44,291 nucleotides of DNA from a virus (taxonomy: Duplodnaviria > Caudoviricetes): IMG/VR virus record IMGVR_UViG_3300012952_000032, positions 1-44,291 of that record; one strand, 5' to 3'. The first letter of the stretch is position 1. Every line of letters starts with the position of its first letter. A program made the translations under genes and the position numbers. Below are positions 17,475 through 25,800 of this stretch, piece by piece. Below the pieces are notes generated by a model, which worked only from the letters and a program-made list of their open reading frames with translations, ran no database searches and had not been told where the DNA came from.

Positions 17475-19229
17475 TTATAATGCTGTAAATAAACTGTCAG
17501 CGGGGTAATCAGATATAAAAGCCCAACCATCACCTGTGCCATGAAAACCTGTCCATAAAATATTGGTGGGTGCGCTTGATATATCTTCATTATCGCCGAA
17601 GAGAGCTTTGGCGTAGGTATAAGATGAAGTTAAAGGAATCATATCTGTGTTGCTGTCAATCGCAAGAATCTTTATGTTAGTAAATTGGCCTGTGGCATAA
17701 TCAATTGTAAATTTGAAAAATGCATGAGGCGCATAATAAGGGTAACCTTGAGTGCCGCAGATCATCCACTCATTTAAATTACCTGTTGGAATTAACATTT
17801 GTTTATGTGCATTTAGGTTAAAAGGCAGCATCGTTCCCCAACTACCTCTGTCGTAGGTTTGAGTTGTCGATGTCCATTCGCAAATTTTTCCGTAGTAATC
17901 GTAATTGAATAATTTTAAACCTGTGCTGCTAGGGTCTTTGACAAGAATGGCTGTTTGAGCACTGTACTGGGTTCTATCAAAACCTGTTGTTACTTCAGAA
18001 CCAACATTGTTCCCTGCATCAATCGCAATCTTTGAATAACCGTTGGCAGTTCCATACGCGCAAATGTGTGTCGGCAAGTTATGACTTCCGCTGTTTGGAA
18101 ACAGACCTGCGCTAGTGATTAACGGATGGGTAAACATCGAAACCGCTTGGACGGTGGAGGTGTTGGTGTTCGGACACTGATTAACACCACCCATTGAGCC
18201 GAGTGAGCCAGCACCCGCGCCAGAGTATGCACGATACGCTGCCTGACTGCTGCTATTTTGATTGTAACCAACTATAAAAGCGCGAGTTGCTCCGCTAGAG
18301 TTATAAGGCAAAGAATAATGAGGGTCATTGGCTCCATGCGAATCACCTGTAAATCCACCCATCGTGTAAGCAGCACTTGACCCATCTGTCAGAGACTGCC
18401 GATACATAGCATAACCAAATTTGTAAGTAGTTTGATTAGGCCACGCGATATTGCCGTGACAAACCATTTCTCCGCCACCTTCGCATCCAGTCCCTTGCCA
18501 TGTACTAACACCTAAATAGCTAGGGTTTTCCCAAATTGTTTCTGGAGTTGTGACACTTATCGTTTTGGTTGATGGGGTACATACAATTCCCATAGCCGAA
18601 AAAGATGTTGACATGGAAGGAGAACTTGCGTGATTCCCTGATATCCACGTAAAAACATTACCAACCGTAGGATTTGAACCAGAAGAGCCAGTTCGCCAAA
18701 ACTGCGTATAAGTTGTCGAGGCTGGAGTTCTGTTATCAGCAATATCCACTGACGATACCATTGGGACTGCACTTACAGTTCCTTTGCTAAAATTAACAAA
18801 ACTGACACCGCCAGCCATGTCAGCCCAACTGATAGAACCTGAGCCTGAAGTCTGCAAAACCTGATCGGCAGAGCCATCGGCTGTGGGTAGGTCAACCGCA
18901 CTTAAAAAACTATTCAGGTTTGCGTCAGCCGCTACTGGTACTCCAGACTTTTGAAGAGCACCAGTAAAATTGCTTGTTGTATCGCTGTAAGAGGGAACAC
19001 TTGCCCCTGATACCTGCAAATCACCTGTAAAGTTAGCAGTCGTATCTGCATAAGCTGCATAACCACCTGTATCAATTAAATAACCTAGAGATGACCAAGC
19101 CGTAGACCCGTCACCTATTTTCATTTTATTGGTATCAGTTTCTACCCCTAATTCGCCTTGCGCCAAAACGCTGTTTGCACTTGTCCAGTTGCTTGCAGTG
19201 TCCCGTCTTATTTGAATTCGATCAGCCAC
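17475..19229 (-). CDS. Tail fibre/receptor-binding protein with Mtd_N-like N-terminal domain
   Basis: RIQIRRDTASNWTSANSVLAQGELGVETDTNKMKIGDG; GTG start behind GGAGG. Confidence 0.8.
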   Translation of the reverse strand: MADRIQIRRDTASNWTSANSVLAQGELGVETDTNKMKIGDGSTAWSSLGYLIDTGGYAAYADTTANFTGDLQVSGASVPSYSDTTSNFTGALQKSGVPVAADANLNSFLSAVDLPTADGSADQVLQTSGSGSISWADMAGGVSFVNFSKGTVSAVPMVSSVDIADNRTPASTTYTQFWRTGSSGSNPTVGNVFTWISGNHASSPSMSTSFSAMGIVCTPSTKTISVTTPETIWENPSYLGVSTWQGTGCEGGGEMVCHGNIAWPNQTTYKFGYAMYRQSLTDGSSAAYTMGGFTGDSHGANDPHYSLPYNSSGATRAFIVGYNQNSSSQAAYRAYSGAGAGSLGSMGGVNQCPNTNTSTVQAVSMFTHPLITSAGLFPNSGSHNLPTHICAYGTANGYSKIAIDAGNNVGSEVTTGFDRTQYSAQTAILVKDPSSTGLKLFNYDYYGKICEWTSTTQTYDRGSWGTMLPFNLNAHKQMLIPTGNLNEWMICGTQGYPYYAPHAFFKFTIDYATGQFTNIKILAIDSNTDMIPLTSSYTYAKALFGDNEDISSAPTNILWTGFHGTGDGWAFISDYPADSLFTAL

Positions 19230-19839
19230 TTGCGCCACCTCCATCTATGTTTTGTGCGGTGGTGTAAGTGCTATTTGCAAACCCACCATCAGGATTTTTG
19301 ATTGCCTGTAAAAGCGAAAAAGTTCCGTATGCCACAATGTCGATTAAATCACCTGCGGCTGCACCACTAGCAAGCACGATTGCGCTATTAGTCGGTGTAG
19401 TGAAATCCGTCCCTGCAATCAGTTTGACTCCGTTCATGTAAACGTCCACGAAACCCTGGTCAAAAGTTGCTGCGAAACTCGTCTGCCCCGCAGTCGCTGT
19501 GTAGACATTGCGATCCGATGTGCCGTTCACCATTGAAGATGCAACATCAGTCAGACCCTGTGCTGTAATACGCAGTTCGACTTTTTTGCCACTGTCAAAA
19601 GCACTCGCGGTAGTTCCTTCTTGAGCACGAACAACCGTTAGTGAGTTGCCAGATCGAGCAGTCGCTTTGACCACTTCCATACTGCCACCACCCGTATCGT
19701 GGATCGTGACATAGCAGTAGTCTCCACTGGTGCTTAACGCAGGGAAGGTACTGCCATCTGTCAACGGTATCGTAGTTGTCGAGTTATTAATTGCACTCGA
19801 TAACGTCGTGACCGCATTGTTCGTAAACTTGATGCCCAT
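19222..19839 (-). CDS. Tail fibre base/adaptor protein
   Basis: KFTNNA.TTL...EVVKATARSGNSLTVVRAQEGT...VELRITA followed by YTATAGQTSF...VDVYMNGVKL domain. Confidence 0.75.
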   Translation of the reverse strand: MGIKFTNNAVTTLSSAINNSTTTIPLTDGSTFPALSTSGDYCYVTIHDTGGGSMEVVKATARSGNSLTVVRAQEGTTASAFDSGKKVELRITAQGLTDVASSMVNGTSDRNVYTATAGQTSFAATFDQGFVDVYMNGVKLIAGTDFTTPTNSAIVLASGAAAGDLIDIVAYGTFSLLQAIKNPDGGFANSTYTTAQNIDGGGASG

Positions 19840-19841
19840 GA

Positions 19842-20267
19842 TTAGCTCACCGTAACAGTCCAAGTTATTGTCATGCTGTCATCTGCGCCTTTGTTCACCA
19901 CTGAAAAAGTAGTGCGACAGAACAAAGTTCCAGAAGAACTCGCGTTGAACAGACCCGCTTCAGTTATTGCGCCTGTGCCTGTACCTGCCCCGAAAGAAGC
20001 GACATAAGCAACGTCGGCATTAGTGACTGTTGTGGAAGTCAAAGCAACTCGCGCTGATTCGTTCCCTAAAGCGGTATCGCCAGCGGCAGCAGAGGTTGAC
20101 CCCGTACCAATTGCCATGTGGCTCATCGCTGTTGCAGTAGCGTCTTTAATTCGGGATGCGACAAAGTTCTTCCCCGTAGTCACTACGAGATTGTTTACTT
20201 CTTGGACAACTTCATCATTGATAGCAATGCTAAGTTTTCCGACTAATTTCATGTTATCTGTAAGCAT
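19842..20267 (-). CDS. Virion structural protein
   Basis: NLVVTTGK...MAIGTG...ITEAGLFNA...ITWTVT motifs. Confidence 0.75.
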   Translation of the reverse strand: MLTDNMKLVGKLSIAINDEVVQEVNNLVVTTGKNFVASRIKDATATAMSHMAIGTGSTSAAAGDTALGNESARVALTSTTVTNADVAYVASFGAGTGTGAITEAGLFNASSSGTLFCRTTFSVVNKGADDSMTITWTVTVS

Positions 20268-20278
20268 GGTTATTGCTC

Positions 20279-21211
20279 CTAACTGTTGAGTGCTGATGTG
20301 TTCAGTGCTGCGGCATTCACAACAGCACTACTGGCTAGAATTAGATTTACGTTAATTGATTCAGTAATCGAGGCCGTGTCCGACAACGTGCTGGTCATGT
20401 CAAACGACAATGAATCGGTTATATTCGCAGACTCAGTGACTGTAGTTTGATCTGCAATGACATCCGTGTACGCATCACTTAATGTAATGCTGTCACTAAT
20501 GTTCTTGTTGAAAGTTTGGATATAAGTTTCCGACAGAGTTGGCGTATCGGTTGGGCTTTTTCCTAGCTCCAGATTTTCGGTCAACGAATCACTAAGGCTT
20601 ATAGACTCAGTAAATACTTTCGAAGTCGTTAAAGTAGGTGTGTCACCTAACGATGCACTTTCTGTCAGTGTTGTGTAATCGTTTATGTTGTCACTGTAGT
20701 TATCCGACAATCCAATTGAGTCAGTAAAAGATCGGTTGAAGGTTAAGGACTTAATAAAAACATCAGAAAGCCCTGCTTCATCAGTTGGATTTTTAACCTT
20801 AGTTGTTGTTTCACTTAGAGAGTCTGAAAAAGAAATACTATCAGTGAAGACTTTGCTTATAGTGAAAGCAGGTGAGTCACTTAAACTAAACGAATCAGAG
20901 TAAGCGCGGCCAAAGCCTTGACCAATAACTACATTCTCAGAGAAAGATACGCCATCTGTCGCACTCTTGTTCGTAAAATTAGCAGCCTCAATCGAGTCAA
21001 CAAAAGCAATTGAGTCTGAAAGAGTAATACTAAAATCAAAATTTAAGGACTCTGTAAACGGAATGGAGTCAGTAAACCATTGGTCTTTAGAACTTGAATC
21101 AATAAATATCTGTGTACCACTGGCATTCGTAAAGGTAATAGAGGCCCGTGGGTTTACTGATGAAACCACCGACTTTGCGCCTAAATTGTATCTGACGATC
21201 TTCGCACTCAT
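20279..21211 (-). CDS. Ser/Thr/Asp-rich repeat structural protein
   Basis: Recurring (T/S)(D/E)SxxLSD units; internal ~77-aa duplication. Confidence 0.7.
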   Translation of the reverse strand: MSAKIVRYNLGAKSVVSSVNPRASITFTNASGTQIFIDSSSKDQWFTDSIPFTESLNFDFSITLSDSIAFVDSIEAANFTNKSATDGVSFSENVVIGQGFGRAYSDSFSLSDSPAFTISKVFTDSISFSDSLSETTTKVKNPTDEAGLSDVFIKSLTFNRSFTDSIGLSDNYSDNINDYTTLTESASLGDTPTLTTSKVFTESISLSDSLTENLELGKSPTDTPTLSETYIQTFNKNISDSITLSDAYTDVIADQTTVTESANITDSLSFDMTSTLSDTASITESINVNLILASSAVVNAAALNTSALNS

Positions 21212-21585
21212 TAGTCGAAATCTTTCCTGATTTTGAATTTAATTAAATCTTGTAAAGTCTGTATCCCACCTGTTGCATAGGTAATCTCGATCTCACCTTC
21301 AAAAGTTCCAGCCGTGTCGAGCGTTCCGGTAGGAAAATTCGTGGTAACTACTCCGTTAAGCGCATTACTAACAGCCATTGTTAAAACCGATTTCACTGTT
21401 GAACTTCCAATTGCTCTCATTCGCAATCGAACAGTGGCTCCAGTCAAATCAATGGGTGCCCAAGTATTGCTGTCATTCTCATCAAGTGTTTGCCCTGGTG
21501 CTGCCGTATTCGCATCCCGCAGGGTAATCGTAAGCATTGGCTCAGTGTCGCCAGTGACCAACTTTATAGTCTCGGAATATGCCAT
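21211..21585 (-). CDS. BppU N-terminal-like structural protein
   Basis: GDT.P...PIDLTGATVRLRMR...GTFEGEIEITY. Confidence 0.7.
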   Translation of the reverse strand: MAYSETIKLVTGDTEPMLTITLRDANTAAPGQTLDENDSNTWAPIDLTGATVRLRMRAIGSSTVKSVLTMAVSNALNGVVTTNFPTGTLDTAGTFEGEIEITYATGGIQTLQDLIKFKIRKDFD

Positions 21586-21612
21586 TTTTCGTTACCTATC
21601 AGGACTTTTGGT

Positions 21613-21648
21613 ATTAGTCCAGCTATTCATTATATTAGTCTAACTAAT
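21613..21648 (-). promoter_or_regulatory. Tandem ATTAG-N5-CTAAT sites upstream of the tail-fibre cassette
   Basis: 21634-21648 perfect, 21613-21627 one mismatch; adjacent minus-strand TATAAT but poor -35. Confidence 0.65.
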
Positions 21649-21661
21649 CAATATCCACACT

Positions 21662-22084
21662 TTAATAACGGCCTGTGCGGATCATATCCGTAATATCAAT
21701 TGATCTGAGAGGCCCAACATCCTTGGCCCATTTCGAGTTCAAAAACTCACGAGAAGCATCCTCATAATTACGATCAGCCATGTGACCAAGGGCCAATTTA
21801 AACCCTTTCAGAGAAGGGAGGCCGATGTTAAAACACAAATTGCACAAAGCGTCTTTCCGTACCTCATCGAGCGACTCGTACCACTCGAAAGAATCTATCA
21901 ATTCTTGCTCCACTCGTTTAATGTCATTTTCTAAGAGGTACATACACTCTTCATGACTAAGGCCAATGCCGCCTTCCCCGATCATTCTGCCAACGCCAAT
22001 CGTTGGCTTATCGGAAGTACAAAAATACAGGTGTGACTTATTCCCTTCATGCTCAACCAACATGTTTTTTAGCTTCTCTCTCAT
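21662..22084 (-). CDS. Endolysin, GH24/T4-lysozyme-like
   Basis: HEG...Y...PTIGVGR, FNIG, SKWAKDVG motifs. Confidence 0.9.
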   Translation of the reverse strand: MREKLKNMLVEHEGNKSHLYFCTSDKPTIGVGRMIGEGGIGLSHEECMYLLENDIKRVEQELIDSFEWYESLDEVRKDALCNLCFNIGLPSLKGFKLALGHMADRNYEDASREFLNSKWAKDVGPLRSIDITDMIRTGRY

Positions 22085-22491
22085 GAGTTTCTTTCAACCT
22101 TCTTTAGTTTTTCTACGGTTCTCATCGTTCCCAGTCCTAACATACCCATTAGAATGGGCATCATTGTTGAGGTATCAATCATTGGTATCTGTATATCCAT
22201 CGCATTTAATGCCAGTACAAAATTGGTAAATGGAATCAGAATGAAATTCCCCATTAAACCCAAGCAGCAGGTCCATCCAACTGCTGGCCTCCAACCCGAC
22301 ACAAACAGGCTTTTATGCGCGGCCTCTGTTTGGTTGACAGCAATCTGTGCCTGGATAATTTCATGCGACTGCCGTTCAGCCATCGTACTGATGTCATGGG
22401 CAAGCTGTTGTTTTAAATCTTTATCTTCAACAAACTTGTCAAGCAGTCCCGTAACCGGACCTATCAAACTTTGTACTAATCCTAATGCCAT
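22081..22491 (-). CDS. Holin (3TM/GTA-type)
   Basis: FVSGWRPAVGW and MLGLGTMRTVEK motifs; coupled to the endolysin. Confidence 0.85.
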   Translation of the reverse strand: MALGLVQSLIGPVTGLLDKFVEDKDLKQQLAHDISTMAERQSHEIIQAQIAVNQTEAAHKSLFVSGWRPAVGWTCCLGLMGNFILIPFTNFVLALNAMDIQIPMIDTSTMMPILMGMLGLGTMRTVEKLKKVERNS

Positions 22492-22509
22492 AACTCACCT
22501 CTTCGTTCA

Positions 22510-22554
22510 CTAATAGCCTTTAGGCTTCTTCACTTTCTTTTTTTTACCTGCCAT
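22510..22554 (-). CDS. Lys-rich micro-ORF, 14 aa (not in ORF track)
   Basis: MAGKKKKVKKPKGY*; AGGAG SD. Confidence 0.5.
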   Translation of the reverse strand: MAGKKKKVKKPKGY

Positions 22555-22557
22555 CTT

Positions 22558-22701
22558 CTATCTCCTTTTCTTTGCGGTTTTAGCTGCTTTTTTAAACTGT
22601 TTTGCGGTTGGTCTGCCTTTCGCACCGGGCTTTTTCATTACTTCGTTTGAGCCAGCCTTTATACGTTTTCTCTTCGCATGAATATTCCTATATAAACTCA
22701 T
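22558..22701 (-). CDS. Small basic protein, 47 aa (not in ORF track)
   Basis: MSLYRNIHAKRKRIKAGSNEVMKKPGAKGRPTAKQFKKAAKTAKKRR*; AGGAG SD; ATGA coupling. Confidence 0.8.
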   Translation of the reverse strand: MSLYRNIHAKRKRIKAGSNEVMKKPGAKGRPTAKQFKKAAKTAKKRR

Positions 22702-22877
22702 TTCCAATTACTCCTAGCTTTTACTTTGGCTTTTTTTGAAAGGTTCCCGAAGTGTAATAGCTTGGCGCTTTTTTTAGTGTGTGTTGCTCCAGAATGAATC
22801 TCCCCATTGGGCATCTTATGGGTTCCCCCTTTATGCTCAGTGCCGTCTTTGTTGTAATGTTTCACGCCTCTAGCCAT
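22698..22877 (-). CDS. Small basic His-rich protein, 59 aa (not in ORF track)
   Basis: MARGVKHYNKDGTEHKGGTHKMPNGEIHSGATHTKKSAKLLHFGNLSKKAKVKARSNWK*; GAGGGAG SD. Confidence 0.8.
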   Translation of the reverse strand: MARGVKHYNKDGTEHKGGTHKMPNGEIHSGATHTKKSAKLLHFGNLSKKAKVKARSNWK

Positions 22878-22884
22878 AACTCCC

Positions 22885-25800
22885 TCACAATTGACTGTAG
22901 ACAGGTATCATTCGATCTGGGATCGCATTCAAACCGTCGGAAAATAATCTTTCAAACGACTCTACCGAAGGTCCAAGAATCGAACCTACAGCAGAACCTC
23001 CGTACTGTGCGCTTGTTTGAGCACCAAGTAACAATGACCAAGGACCAAGCAAACCTGCGCGATCAGTTATTTCAAACATATAACTGCCCCAATCCATAGA
23101 GTCGGATCGGAAATAACGATCTGACGCTTCTACACCAGGAAGAATTGCAGCAAGGCTGAACTTGGTAAACTCTTTCAATTCAAGCCCAAGCATTGTGAAT
23201 GGCATAGCAGCAAAACCAGTAAGAGCCAGCATAGAAGTCATAGCTAAAAATCTTTCTTGTTCTGTAGTAAACCGTGGGTCTGCTTGCCTTTTCTTTATTT
23301 CTGCCATCAAGCCACCTACGATGACTTTTCCGTAAGCGTAGGCAAAACCCTTCAATTGAAATATCAACATAAATCGTGGGTCGCTTGCCCAGATAGGACG
23401 CTCGGCTGCATTAGGTCTAATCACAGAACTTTCTGTAAATTTCTGCATGGCTAACTTTACTTTCCGACCAACTGGCGTAGTAAATTCATTCGTATCCCAA
23501 GTAAGCACTTCTTCCGCAGTCAGTCCTAGCTCTTTAAGGTAACGCTCCGAATCAGGGGAAGGCTTTCGAGCATGATATAGAATGAACTCCCTTGACATGT
23601 TTGCCCCAAATTCACGAGTAAATCGGGTAAACCATTCAAGTCCAGTAACCTTAAACCATCCATCAGTCCAACGTCGTTGCGTTTCTCCCATGTATTCCTG
23701 TGAAGCAGGGTCAATAATCGCATGGGCCATGCTTTGCGAAGTCACAAGCCCAAGTTGCCTTGCCAGTTCTTGAGACTCTTTGCGGTTCATCGTTTGTATA
23801 GCGGCTTTCAAAGCTACAGGTCGCAGGGCAGCAAACTCTCTTGACCGAATAATGGGTCCGGCAAGTTCAGAAAAGGAACTAATAGCCGCGAAAGCCAAAG
23901 TAGTTAATATCTGTAAAAACCCTAACCAAGAATTTGCTTTCTGCAACAGCGGTGATAAAGGTGCGCTTTGGTAGCCGAGATAAACGTCCAGTATTTCTTC
24001 AGCTTGCTGCTTAAACTCTGGATTTGCTTGTTCTAATGTTTTTAATGCAGCAGCAAGTTTGTCGTTACCATTCTCATCTTTAATCGCTCGCTGCCACTCG
24101 ACGTACTTAACGATATCTCTTATATAGTTTCCTAATGCCTCTTGTGGCGGCTTTAAAAAACCTGCATCGTTTAAGGCTTCTTTAGGAACTCCTTTAGTCA
24201 GTCTTCGTGCTGCACGAAGATTTGCTTTTACATTGTCGTCATAAGGATCGATCAGAGTTTCGTCTTCAAAATTTGGGTCGTATTGTTCTTGGATAGAACC
24301 TTCTTCTAGCATAGTCTTTACAACAGCAAGCATCTCTTCATAAGTTTTCTGTCGTTTGTTTGGGTCTTGGTTCTCGAAAAGTATTCGTGCAAAACCCTCT
24401 TTGTTTTCGTTGATGGCTACAAAGTCCAACCTAACTGGAAAAAAGTCTTTAAGTTTGCGTACTTGCACTCCTGGGGCTTGGCTTATGTACTCATCGTGCA
24501 TACGCTCTAGGAACAACCGAATTTGCCTTGCCTTACCATCTAAATCTGCGGTGGGCGTATCTGATAGTGCTTGGTCAAATGCTGCTTGATTCTCAGGCGA
24601 ATAAAGATCAGTGCCTAACAAAGTCTCAAGCTGATTCATAAACTCATTTTTTTGCAAAGTAGACAACTGTAAAAAGCCAAGTCCACCTTCTCCGCTTCGG
24701 CTGTACATCATTTTGGCTATACTAAGTGCTGCTTGTTTAGCCTTGCCTACGCCTGATCCAATATTCCGTAAAGCGTTGTCTGCGGGTAAAACAAGATTTA
24801 CGCCTGTACGTCCTACAATGCTTTCAATTAAACGTAATAATCTTGCCATAGGCGCAGGGGCTTGCCTTTTAATTTCACTCTCAAGCTCACGAACAACAAA
24901 AGCCTCAGTCCACTTATCTGATTGCCCCTTTATAGTTTCTTTGCTGCGGTTCACTACTTCTTGGATATAGGTGTCAAAATCAGGAGAAAAGTTTTCGGTA
25001 GGACTAAACCGACGCTGCATATCGTTACGCAATGAATTCCACATGTTGCGTAATTTCATTACTAGCTGTTTAAAATAGGACTCGACTTGGTTTCGAGGTT
25101 TAGCTGCGGCAATACCTCCTGCCAACTTTAAACCCCACATGGCTACCTGATCTGCATACCACTCTTCAAACCTATTTGGTCCTTCGTATTGGGCTGGCGC
25201 ACCTTCTCTGTTTTTAGCCTTGAGGAAGGCTTTATAAAGTCTTTTTCGCAGCCCTTCATTTTCCAATACATTTCTGCGTTCCTCACGGAACAGCGCATGT
25301 CCCAGTTCGTGCATTGCTGTAATTGTCTGGGCAAGTTCGTTACCAACAGCTTCGTTAACAACAAGCAAGTGATGGTTCTTAAAGCCGATGTACTTACCTG
25401 CGTTGTTATTACCCATACCGCTGATCTGCTCGCTAACTTTGTCAACAAGACCTTCTGGCAAATTGCCATCGAAAAGATCAGCTTTATTAGGTAAATTTTC
25501 CCAGTAAGACTTTGTAACTATAGTCACGGGCATTTTCAGTTTCAGTGCATTTATTGCTTTAGTTAGCACTGCGGAAAAAGCCGTGCCTGTGTCAATACCG
25601 AAAATCCTGTTTACAGATTTTGTTCTTCTGGCTCGTTTAGATGAACCTGTGTCTGTCCTTTCATCGGGTCTACCAAGCTCGATGTTGTGTTGTGTAAGTG
25701 GCAAATCCGTTTGCCCAAGAGCGTTCCGTGCAAACCGTTCTATTTCTCCTAACCCATCTATTTCTTGTACTCGCTCTTCTCGAACCCTTGCTGACCTATC

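Noticed and set aside
17475-19229. Diversity-generating retroelement suggested by the Mtd_N-like domain
   Set aside because: No reverse transcriptase ORF and no template/variable repeat pair seen in the window
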